The notes below the pieces were generated by a model. That model was not told where the DNA came from, ran no database searches, and worked only from the letters and a program-made list of their open reading frames with translations. A stretch of 49,110 nucleotides of DNA, taken from NCBI RefSeq assembly GCF_004010195.1, contig NC_057718.1:85015702-85064811 (forward strand). Reading direction: 5' to 3'. Of the stretch, positions 12,520 to 22,869 are shown one piece after another. Every line of letters starts with the position of its first letter. Position 1 is the stretch's first letter. The translations under genes and the position numbers were made by a program. The DNA comes from Chiloscyllium plagiosum (Eukaryota).

Positions 12520-12680
12520 TGGAGATTCCTCCCTAAGGGCATTGTGGGTATACTTACAGCAAGTGGACTGCAGTGGTTCAAGAAGGAAGCTCACTACTAC
12601 CTTCTCGAGAGCAACTGCAAACAGGCAATAAATGCTAGCCCGCTTAATGACACTCCCATCCTATAAGTAATAGAAAAAAT
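12520..12680 (+). mobile_element. LINE 3' tail fragment
   Basis: gcattgtgggt..ggactgcagtggttcaagaaggaagctcac..ggcaataaatgctagcc is shared with 19640-19775 and 48210-48345. Confidence 0.7.
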
Positions 12681-13609
12681 ATTGCAGTAAACTGAAAATG
12701 AGGAATCTCAGATAATGTCACATGCATGATACTTAAGTTAGTGAATGAACAATTACTAATTTGGTAGAAATTTGAAGATGACATGAAACTCAGACATATA
12801 ATAAAATGAGGAAGATAATCCTAGACTGTTGGGATAGATGATCAAGTAGCAAATCAAATTCACTGTTGAAAAGTGTGAGGTGATGCTTTTTGGTAGGGAG
12901 AATGCCAGGCAATATAAGTAAGTGTTACAGTTTTAAGGATAATTTTAGAGATGCTAAAACTACTACGAGCAAACTTTCCAATGTCTTTGCACTGCCTATG
13001 ACATTAGTGACTGAAGAGCCTTGATTATTGAAATACAGCCAGATGTGAAGAAAACCTAAAGCAGATTAATGGAATTCTCCCTGGCTTAGAGTCCCAGTTT
13101 CCTGAGTAGTAACAACCTAAGTAGCAGTCAGTAAATTCTGCTGATGAGATCATGCTTATTTCCCAGACTGCATGTTGTGTCCATGTGCTTAACTATATTA
13201 ATTTCAACATTAGAATTGTACAAAAGCTGATTTTGGTGTGGAAAATAATGGTTACTGTGAAACATTATTTTGCTTCCATGAAATATCTAATCTTCACCAC
13301 CACTTAGAATGATGAGAGACTGAAACTCTGTGACAAGAGCTTGTGAGAACTTGGGGTGGTGGGGCAAGGTGCAAGCAGTGGAGACAGAATGTGCTAGAGA
13401 AAGTGACTGAGCAAATTATGTCACCACTTGCAGTCACATGCCAATAATGGCAGTGAGGAAACATGCATGCATTAGTGGATGCCATTGATCTGTGTGTGTA
13501 CATGCTGTTCTGGAAACTCAGTTGGTGTCAGTGGTTACAGTATTGTTAAGAGGATGCAAGAATAGTGAGATTGGGAATGATTTTGGGCACAGATCTGTAT
13601 AGGCAAAGA

Positions 13610-14062
13610 ACTGATAAACAAAGTTAATAAAATGCATTGCTTTCTGAAGTGTGGCATGGAGTACAAAGACCAGAGAGCTATACCTTTTTCTTTAGAAAAT
13701 GTAAAAGTTGCTTCACCCCAGATGGATTATTGCGTCCAATTCTGAGGACTACAGGTTGGGAAAGCTGAGTTATTTGGAAGAGAGAGAGAATTGACTCACC
13801 AGAATCTTTGATACTAACAAATTGAATCGTCCAGAGAGACAGTTATTTTCCTCAGAATGAAACAGGCAAAGAGGAGAGTAAATGGAGCAAAACTGCCAAT
13901 GGCTGAGATGCTGATAACCTGAGGGGGCAGATTTAAGATAATTGTCTCAGGTTTTTCTATCAATGAGTGGTTAGGGTTTCCAATATATAATGTCTGAGGT
14001 AGTGGTAATTGATACAATTGAAGCCTTTCAAAGGAAACTGAAGAAAGTGTGTGAGATAGAAT
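13610..14062 (+). mobile_element. Old CR1 3' fragment, split by the Penelope insertion and resuming at ~15878-15940
   Basis: Degenerate ggattattgcgtccaattctg (YCVQFW-like) and 3' UTR sequence. Confidence 0.5.
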
Positions 14063-14110
14063 AAAAGAGATATTGTTGTGGTTCTGTTCGCCAAGCTGGA
14101 AGTGTTTGTT

Positions 14111-14150
14111 GCAAACGTTTCGTCCCCTGGCTAGGCGACATCATCAGTGC
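14111..14150 (-). ncRNA. Minimal hammerhead ribozyme motif in Penelope terminal repeat
   Basis: Minus strand GCA-CUGAUGA-U-GUCGCC(UAGCCA)GGGGAC-GAAA-CGUU^-UGC. The + copy at 15751-15790 has GAAA changed to AAAA. Confidence 0.6.
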
Positions 14151-14519
14151 TTGGGAGCCTCCTGCGAAGCGCTTCTTTGATGTTTCCTCCGGTGTTTGTA
14201 GTGGCCTGTCCCTGCCGCTTCCGGTTGTCAGTATCAGATGTCCGCTGTAGTGGTTGGTATATTGGGTCCAGGTCGATGTGTTTGTTGATGGAGTTTGTGG
14301 ATGAATGCCATGCCTCTAGGAATTCCCTGGCTGTTCTCTGTCTGGCTTGCCCTACGATAGTAGTGTTGTCCCAGTCGAATTCATGTTGCTTGTTGTCTGC
14401 GTGAATTCGACTGGGACAACACTACTATCATAGGGCAAGCCAGACAGAACAGCCAGGGAATTCCTAGAGGCATGGCATTCATCCACAAACTCAATCAACA
14501 AACATATCGACCTGGACCC

Positions 14520-15486
14520 NNNNNNNNNNNNNNNNNNNNNNNNNNNNNNNNNNNNNNNNNNNNNNNNNNNNNNNNNNNNNNNNNNNNNNNNNNNNNNNNN
14601 NNNNNNNNNNNNNNNNNNNNNNNNNNNNNNNNNNNNNNNNNNNNNNNNNNNNNNNNNNNNNNNNNNNNNNNNNNNNNNNNNNNNNNNNNNNNNNNNNNNN
14701 NNNNNNNNNNNNNNNNNNNNNNNNNNNNNNNNNNNNNNNNNNNNNNNNNNNNNNNNNNNNNNNNNNNNNNNNNNNNNNNNNNNNNNNNNNNNNNNNNNNN
14801 NNNNNNNNNNNNNNNNNNNNNNNNNNNNNNNNNNNNNNNNNNNNNNNNNNNNNNNNNNNNNNNNNNNNNNNNNNNNNNNNNNNNNNNNNNNNNNNNNNNN
14901 NNNNNNNNNNNNNNNNNNNNNNNNNNNNNNNNNNNNNNNNNNNNNNNNNNNNNNNNNNNNNNNNNNNNNNNNNNNNNNNNNNNNNNNNNNNNNNNNNNNN
15001 NNNNNNNNNNNNNNNNNNNNNNNNNNNNNNNNNNNNNNNNNNNNNNNNNNNNNNNNNNNNNNNNNNNNNNNNNNNNNNNNNNNNNNNNNNNNNNNNNNNN
15101 NNNNNNNNNNNNNNNNNNNNNNNNNNNNNNNNNNNNNNNNNNNNNNNNNNNNNNNNNNNNNNNNNNNNNNNNNNNNNNNNNNNNNNNNNNNNNNNNNNNN
15201 NNNNNNNNNNNNNNNNNNNNNNNNNNNNNNNNNNNNNNNNNNNNNNNNNNNNNNNNNNNNNNNNNNNNNNNNNNNNNNNNNNNNNNNNNNNNNNNNNNNN
15301 NNNNNNNNNNNNNNNNNNNNNNNNNNNNNNNNNNNNNNNNNNNNNNNNNNNNNNNNNNNNNNNNNNNNNNNNNNNNNNNNNNNNNNNNNNNNNNNNNNNN
15401 NNNNNNNNNNNNNNNNNNNNNNNNNNNNNNNNNNNNNNNNNNNNNNNNNNNNNNNNNNNNNNNNNNNNNNNNNNNNNNNNNNNNNN
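14520..15486. other. Assembly gap (N run)
   Basis: Ns, located inside an inverted-repeat element. Confidence 1.
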
Positions 15487-16289
15487 GCGCTTCTTTGTTG
15501 TTTCCTCCGGTGTTTATAGTGGTCTGTCCCCTATACACTACTATCATAGGGCAAGCCAGACAGAGAACAGCCAGGGAATTCCTAGAGGCATGGCATTCAT
15601 CCACAAACTCCATCAACAAACACGTTGACCTGGACCCAATATACCAACCACTACAGCGGACAGCTGAAACTGACAACCGGAAGCGGCAGGGACAGACCAC
15701 TATAAACACCGGAGGAAACATCAAAGAAGCGCTTCGCAGGAGGCTCCCAAGCACTGACGATGTCGCCTAGCCAGGGGACAAAACGTTTGCAACAAAAACT
15801 TTCACCTCGGCGAACAGAACCACAACAACGAGCACCCGAACTACAAATCTTCGCACAAACTTTGAAAAGAGATATTGGGCAAGAGGAAAGAAATGTGACT
15901 AATGGGCTCTTCAAAAGACCCAGTACTGACTCAATTTAACAAGGCTGCTCTTAATTCCCACTGTTCATGATAGGCAACGTGGCTCCATGTTCCTTCCAAT
16001 ATGATGTGAAAACCAGTAATTCTTGAAACAATCCTAAAGATTTTTTGAAATTATTCTCAACGGTAAAAGGTGCATGATGCATGAAATGGTTTTTAGTTTA
16101 GTAATAATCAAATGTATCAAGATGGGTTTGGAGGCAATGACCACTAGCGAAATGGAGGGTAATGTATATTGGCATCCCTTAGTTTTTGATAGTGTCATTG
16201 GGATGGATGTCGATATTGTGGTCCACTCTCTAATTAACTGTGTTCACTGAGTTACATTAATGCCCTGTCCATAAATACTTCAGCTTTAC

Positions 16290-16650
16290 AGTGCTTATTC
16301 TCACTTTCAAACCTCTATCTGACCTCACCCTCCCTCCTTCTGTAACTTTCTCCAGTCTTACATTCCACTAAGAAATCGGTGTTCCTCCAACTCTGGTTTT
16401 TTGCGCATCCTCCACTTTCTTCACCTGATCATTGACGTACTTTCTGCTCCCTTGACCTTAAGGATTCACTCTCTTGGTAAATCTTGCTACTTCTCCATCG
16501 CCCTCTATTTTCCTTTGGTGCTGCTACCCCAAAACCAGCCTCTTTGACCAAGCTTTCAGCCGTCCATCCCAACATTTCCTTTGGCTCAGTGTCATTTCTT
16601 TGTCTGATCGTGCTCCTGTGGCATGTATTAGAGCATTGCACTCCTTTAAA
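16290..16650 (+). mobile_element. L2-type LINE 3' end
   Basis: ctccaactctgg..tttgaccaagcttt..tggctcagtgtca. Related pieces at ~27495-27760 (-), ~32100-32345 (+) and ~43150-43510 (-). Confidence 0.6.
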
Positions 16651-16656
16651 CATATC

Positions 16657-16741
16657 GAGTCAAAATCATACAGCATAGAAACAGGCATTTTGGTCCAACT
16701 CGTCTATGCCTAAACTGAATTAATCCCATTGCCAGCGTTTG
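16657..16741 (-). mobile_element. CR1 3' tail only
   Basis: catacagcatagaaacaggcattttggtccaactcgtctatgcc is the reverse complement of the CR1 tail. Confidence 0.65.
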
Positions 16742-16771
16742 ATATGACATTGATATAGTTGAATCTAGAGT

Positions 16772-16909
16772 GGGCCCTCTTGTAGTACAATGGTAGTGTA
16801 CCTGCCCCTGCATCGGGAGGGTCTTGTTCAAGTCCCACCTGCTTCATAGATGTGTAATAACGTCACTGAACAGGTTGATTCGAAAAATAAGTTAAATAAA
16901 CAAAAAAAA
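16772..16909 (+). mobile_element. Short tRNA-derived SINE
   Basis: A-box-like tagtacaatggtag, B box gttcaagtcc, aacaggttgatt and an A-rich end. Second copy at ~46110-46182. Confidence 0.6.
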
Positions 16910-17553
16910 GTTTTACGAATGCCTTACTAATGGCATGCTGTGACATAGGTAAGACACCTTCCTGACTTCTCTCAGTTTTGGCTCAGATTTCTCTTAACCT
17001 AAACCACTTACTTACATATATTATACTGGTACTTAAATTTGTATTTGAAGGTTGGGGAAGTATGTGGAATAATGGTTATACCCTTTGCAACATATATTCT
17101 TGTAGACACTAGTTCAAAGTAGCCAACAAATATACAAGTCTAAAAGTAAGTGTCATTTTTCACAGCATGTGTCATTGGTATACTTTGCAGCATTGGCTGT
17201 TTTAATTTTATTTATGGTATTAGTTTTACTAACCAGGCAGAAATCCTGTTTGCAGTATCATACGATTAAAATAATTCTTTCTCCTACATTAGGGAAGAGC
17301 AGTTGTTGATCAGAAAAAACTAACCAGTAATGATGTGATAAGTATGTGTAAATATGTTCATTTTGATTATTAATATTGAGTCAAAGTTCATATCCTAATA
17401 AAGTGATACAGTTGAACTACTGAATATCTTGTAGATGTTTCATATTGCTTCATATCTAACTGTCATTTTGTCTGTTTTAATTGTAAAAACTGTGTATGCT
17501 TTATTATGGAGATATTGTCCACACTTCAAGAATACCGACTTGATCTATTTGGA

Positions 17554-18649
17554 TCTCCAACGATGACTGACTCAATGCTGACATTTTTTACAAACCCACC
17601 AACTCCCACAGCTACCTGGATTACACCTCCTCCCACCCTATCTCCCAAAAAAAATGCTATCCTGTATCCCCAATCCCTCCACCTCCACCGCATCTGCTTC
17701 CTGGAGGACCGGTTCCACCACAGAATACAACAGATGGCCTCCTTCTTTAAAAACTGCAACTTCCCCTTCCATGTGGTTGAAGATGCCCTCCAGTGCATCT
17801 CATCCACGTCCCGCACCTCCGTCCTCGAACCCCACCCCTCCAACCGCAACAAGGACAGAACCCCCCGGTCCTCATCTTCCACCCCACCAACTCTGTATAC
17901 ATTGCATCATCCTCCGTCATTTCTACCACCTACAAATGGACCCCACCACCAGAGATATATTTCCCTCCCCACCCCATTGGCTTTCTGTAAAGACCGTTCC
18001 CTCCGCGACTGCCTCGTCAGGTCCATGCTCCCCAACACCCACTCTCCCCTCCCGGCGCCTTCCCCTGTCACCCCAGGAATTGCAAAACCTGCACCCACAC
18101 CTGGCCCCCCTCACCTCCATCCAAGGCCCCAAAGGAGCCTTCCANNNNNNNNNNNNNNNNNNNNNNNNNNNNNNNNNNNNNNNNNNNNNNNNNNNNNNNN
18201 NNNNNNNNNNNNNNNNNNNNNNNNNNNNNNNNNNNNNNNNNNNNNNNNNNNNNNNNNNNNNNNNNNNNNNNNNNNNNNNNNNNNNNNNNNNNNNNNNNNN
18301 NNNNNNNNNNNNNNNNNNNNNNNNNNNNNNNNNNNNNNNNNNNNNNNNNNNNNNNNNNNNNNNNNNNNNNNNNNNNNNNNNNNNNNNNNNNNNNNNNNNN
18401 NNNNNNNNNNNTCTTTCCTACCTGTCCACTCCACCCTCCTCTCCGACCTATCACCTTCACTCCCACCTCCATCCACCTATTGCACTCAGTTACCTTCTCC
18501 CCAGCCTCACCCCCTCCCATTTATCTCTCCACCCCTGAGGCTCACAACCTCATTCCTGATGAAGGGCTTTTGCCTGAAACATCGATTTTCCTGCGCCTTG
18601 GATGCTGCTTGACCTGCTGTGCTTTTCCAGCACCACTCTAATCTGGACT
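17554..18649 (+). mobile_element. Penelope-like (Neptune-type) 5'-truncated element: RT thumb, Cys linker, gap, terminal repeat with hammerhead
   Basis: Frameshifted KPTNSHSYLDYTSSHP..NAI.Y.Q..RIC..QMASFFKN..FHPTN..DPTTRDIFPSPP..CKTCT..LTSIQGPKGAF. 3' CTGATGAAGGGCTTTTGCCTGAAACATCGAT at 18556-18586. TSD ttgatctatttgga at 17540-17553 / 18650-18663. Confidence 0.88.
18145..18411. other. Assembly gap (N run)
   Basis: Ns. Confidence 1.
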
Positions 18650-18830
18650 TTGATCTATTTGGAGCAAACCTGAATCCTAGAAAGTGATTAGCAAAGTATA
18701 ATTCATTCTTTGGGTTAATTGCTGTTTGAAGTGGAAGGCCTTGTTCCTAGCTTGCAAGACTTACATGTCAAAATCGAATTAAGTGCCTGTTTGTTAAATT
18801 TTTTGATTTTGGTTTGTCTTTTGAATCCAG

Positions 18831-18960
18831 GATGGGGAGACTCTGAAGGAACCCCGTCAGAGAGCGGAATGACCACAGATGCTGTCTACACTTATAAATG
18901 GTTGAAAGCAAGAAGTGGTAAGAGTTCAGTCTACATCTGGGGCCATTCGCTAGGAACAGG
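18831..18960 (+). CDS. ABHD12: ABHD12 internal coding exon (human exon 7 equivalent) containing the catalytic Ser motif
   Basis: Acceptor ttgaatccag|GA and donor GG|gtaagt; 130 bp. Translates (G)[42 protein letters not shown](G), which matches recalled human ABHD12 [44 protein letters not shown]. Ser codon TCG at 18947-18949. Confidence 0.96.
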
Positions 18961-19284
18961 GTAAGTGATTAAGTATGAAGATCCCACTTCATGGAGACAT
19001 TACTGGCTGTCTGCAGCTATTTTATTAAAATAACTAATAATCCAGGTAAAATCTGATAAAGGCAGCAAGACATTTTTTGAGATTTTCCATCTCTCTAAAC
19101 TCATCTAGGAAAATGAGAGGCTGGAATTTTTACTGGCATATTTCAGAAATTCAAAAAAATCATTGGATAGAGGTTGCATATGAAAGAATTGGACTGTATT
19201 AGACTTCCTTACATCATCTATGCTGGAGATTCTGGTAAATCTCCTCCTGACTCCCTGAAGCCCATTCACCATTAACGAGGCACA

Positions 19285-19775
19285 AATTAGGAGTGTGATG
19301 GAATGTTCTTTGCTTGCCCAAATGGGGGAAGCATTAACAACATCCAAATGCTTGATACTGTCCAGGCCCCACTTGATTCATACTCCATCCACTGCCTGAA
19401 ACGTTCACTTCCTCCACCACAGATGTACAGTGGCAGTTATATGTACTATTTGCAAGATTCACTGCAGCAACCCGCCAAGGCATTTGACAGCACCTTCCAA
19501 ACCTGCAGTCTCTATCATCTAGAAACACAAGGTAGCACCACCTGCAAGTTCTCCTCTGAGCAAGTTCACCATCCTGACTAGGGACTACATTGCTATTCTT
19601 TCACTACTGCTGAGTAAAACCTGAGAAGTCCCTTTCTAATAACTCTGTGGGTGCATCTACAGCACAGAGACTGTGGTTGATCAAGAAGGCAGCTCTCCTC
19701 TACCACCTAGAGGGCAATTAAAGAATGGGCAATAATTGCTGAGTTCGCCAGCGATGCCTGTGTCCCATGAATTAG
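19285..19775 (+). mobile_element. LINE 3' fragment (CR1/L2-group, second family)
   Basis: gcacaaattaggagtgtgatggaat (AQxRSVME-like) through the gggcaataa..gccagcgatgcc tail. Homologous to 47820-48345. Confidence 0.7.
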
Positions 19776-20061
19776 TAATTTTAGCTTTTTAAAAAAAATA
19801 TCAGTGCCATCATAATTGAGGAATTACTTATGTTCATAAGTTTTGGCTATTTTTCTGAAAGTCTGTTAAAATCATGTTTGTTATAGTTGCTGAGTGCTTC
19901 AAAGTTGGAAGTCTCCTATTAGAACTACAGGGAATATGTTCTGCCACCAGTCTCTGCTGTACAATTTAAATGGAAAGGAGTACAGTGTTAAACATCTGGA
20001 ATTCACTGTCCAAAGATGACAAAAATATTTGAAGATAACACATTTACAGAAGTGTATAATG

Positions 20062-20138
20062 AGAGTTGATAAAGTGTGGCACTGGAAAAAGTGCAGCAGG
20101 TCAGGCAGCATCCAAGGATCAGGAGAGCTGATGTTTCA
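20062..20138 (-). mobile_element. PLE terminal-repeat fragment
   Basis: ctggaaaaagtgcagcaggtcaggcagcatccaaggatcaggagagctgatgtttc, same family as 7195-7285. Confidence 0.7.
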
Positions 20139-22469
20139 TCCCAATTTCAGTAACTATGAATAACTTGTCACTGGCTGAAAAGTACTCTGACAGCTTTGTC
20201 ATTTCTTATTTGTGAACTCCATGCTCCCTGTTCCACCTTCTGCATTCCATCAGTGTTAGGTTGCCATAAAAATAACACATTATAAAATGGCAAGGTACAC
20301 TTTTGCTACAGTATAAATGATATTAATTTAGTTTTTTCTGTTCACATGCATCAGAACAATGGGTTTAATGGTAAACAATTGTGTTTAAAGTACTTTTACT
20401 AATTTGCGCATACAATACTGTCTTGTCTAAAAATGTTAGAATCCTTAAGAAATGCGCAAGATCTAATTTGAAAGCTCATAAAAATTTAGGCTGGAGGATC
20501 TAGATGACTCTGGCAAGCTAAGCATTTTATTGCCAACACTGGCTGATGTTCAGAAGCTGGCAGTGGGCTTGAGCTGCAGTCATCCTGTGATGAAGGTCCA
20601 CCCATCCACCTCGCTTTGATATGAAGTTCCAAAATTTTGACCATGCCGCAATTTGTCTTGGAGGGAAGCTTGGAGGTGTTTCTTCATAATTGTGGCCATT
20701 ACCCTTCAAGATGGCAAAGTTTGGTGTTCCCTCAGTCTTCATTATCTATGAAGGGTTGGGAAGTGGACTTGCAGCAAATAATACAACTGCAGATACCACT
20801 CCAATGTATCTCAAAGGTCTGCATGATTGGTTTACTGAGGCAGACAAGATGAAATACTGAGATAAAAATGGAGGTGGTCTGGGTACACGGATCCATGGCT
20901 CACCGGATAACAAGGACTGACTATTCGTTTGGACCATGCAGTCATTCAGAAATTATCAGCACAATAATGATTTCCAAGGTGCATTGTTGAGAATCCCAAG
21001 CACAATGCTACATTCCTGTGCCTTTATGCTACAGTGCCTCAACATAGTGTCATCCTACCTGTTGGAGTCAAATTCATCCTATGTTTTCGTCAGGTTACTT
21101 GATAATACCAATTTACATTGTAACATTATTGTTAATTGATTACTTCCTTTTGCTAGGTGCATTCATGGGTATTAGCTAATTCTGTGTGCATTTTGCCTCA
21201 TTGCTAAAAATAATGGAGGGAGCAGATTAGGCATTTATTCCCTACAAACCAACTAGAAGTGTAGACAACTATAATGAGGAAACGTTTGAGAGAAACAAAG
21301 CAAAGAACTGTAAATAATTTGATTTGTACACATCACTTTTTAAAAACCTATTTTAAGTATTGTGATATTTAATACAGGTTTTTTTAATCTTAATGCAGTG
21401 TTGTCTCAGTCAATACAACAAGACTGAGAATGCATTCGATAGATTTGAGAGGCTGTAATATTTGTTATCTGTGGGAAAAGAGATTCATCCAATAATTAAG
21501 TTTGACCTTGAAACACCAGGTTAAACTAGTTTGTTACATTGTGAATGGACATGCTGAGTATTTCAGTTTCTGGCAAATGTGTGGAGACAAACAGTTAATG
21601 TTTCATGTCAATTATTCTTTAGTGCTGAGGATAGAAGTCTCATGGCACAATGATAGCATTTCTGCCTATGAGCCAGAAACTCTGGCCAAGGAAGGTGTAT
21701 ACATAACATGACGAAACAGATTGAGTATGAATTTGATTAATCCTTTCAACATACCAAAATTTCTAGTCAGTGATATGATGGAAGGAAATTGGAGCCTCTA
21801 TCATCCCTATCCACAGCTCCAGGCTACAGTTTATATGTAAAAGTATATGTTGCTGCAGTGACCCTGACTCTTTGGAAATTGGTAGTTCATTTGGTTGAAA
21901 TGACAAGTGTGGATAAGAATGGTACCAACAGCACATGAGTTTCAATCTCATTTTAGGAGGTGGTGGGTTCTACTTCCTTGCCTTACCTATGCTAGAGGAC
22001 TTATTGCTTTGAGTTGAACCTGTCTTTGGACAGAATTCAGGATTAACTTGAAGATGTAGCACCTTTTTAAGCAAGGTAACTTGAAACCAAAAGCAGAAGG
22101 CTCCGACAGGCAATTGAAGAGTGCAACTCCATGAAGATTGGCGAAATTAACAGAGGAGGTATCCCTTAGGCACCTTCTAGCACCTATATTAGAGAGAGCC
22201 AGAGAGTTAAGGATATGACCAAAAGGAAATCTGCAACATGGCAGAGGAAATGCAAATGAAGTAAAAGATCAAAACTGTGTGTCGAGGAGGCGTAAATGTG
22301 AAAAGCAAAATTTATCACAATCAGCTGTCATGCAAAAGAAAATTCCCATTTTCTTTTACTTTTTACCACCATCTTTTTGTAATGTCTCTGCTACCTTCAA
22401 ACCAATATTAGATTCTTTTCTTGATATTTCTTCCCTTTCCGACACGACCTCCCACCCCTACTTGGTTAG

Positions 22470-22605
22470 CTTAAAACTGTTACTCTCCAAATGTTTCCAA
22501 GTTCTGTCAAAACATCATCCATCTGAAACATTATTATTTCTCTTGCCACAGAATGCCAGACTTGCTGAGAATTTCTTTTTTTTTTGAGTTTGAGCATCTA
22601 TAGTA
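22470..22605 (+). mobile_element. Degraded PLE terminal-repeat fragment
   Basis: gttctgtcaaaacatcatccatctgaaacatta..ccagacttgctgagaatttc is a decayed hammerhead-bearing arm. Confidence 0.4.
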
Positions 22606-22831
22606 TTTTACTCTTACCTTTTGTTACATTGGTCAACAAGTGATCTTATCTTCTATTTATGCAATTCAATAATTAAGTAATTTTGATAAGTGGGATAGTG
22701 TACGCAAATGAAAATAGAATATCTGCTGTGTACTAACTTGAAGAAAGATATTCCGAATTCTTCTTTTTTGTTGGGTTCTGTTAAACCATGTTGCATCATG
22801 CTGGAAATAGAAAATTTCTCATCTTTTTCAG

Positions 22832-22869
22832 AGTTGCTACAAATGTTGTACGGCATCTAAGTGTGAAAG
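22832..22869 (+). CDS. ABHD12: ABHD12 38-bp internal exon (human exon 8 equivalent)
   Basis: Acceptor atctttttcag|A and donor G|gtaaaa. Translates (G)VATNVVRHLSVK(D), versus human VATNLVRRLCERE. Phases join exactly to both neighbouring exons. Confidence 0.93.

Larger units (their letters stand above)
14076..15864 (+). mobile_element. Penelope (Poseidon-like) 3' end with inverted terminal repeat, spanning an assembly gap
   Basis: GIY-YIG C-terminus HEFDWDNTTIVGQARQRTAREFLEAWHSSTNSINKHIDLDPIYQPL present in both orientations. TSD aaaagagatattg at 14063-14075 / 15865-15877. 36-nt tail 15829-15864. Confidence 0.88.

Noticed and set aside
14472..15770. Long ORFs of 432 and 419 aa, and the 294-368 aa ORFs near 17506-18612
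   Set aside because: Their length comes from N runs, and the real sequence is frameshifted Penelope remnant.
16772..16850. tRNA gene
   Set aside because: A and B boxes are present, but there is no cloverleaf and a SINE body with an A-rich tail follows. The same applies at 28357-28560 and 36592.
18719..18830. N-terminal part of ORF 18719-18964 as coding
   Set aside because: Intronic polypyrimidine tract; ABHD12 similarity begins exactly at the AG acceptor (18829-18830).
1..18830. Upstream ABHD12 exons (YLHGNAGTR, GGDHRVELYK, GYHVVTFDYR)
   Set aside because: Not found by eye. Presumably upstream of the window, although a tBLASTn is needed to exclude a missed micro-exon.
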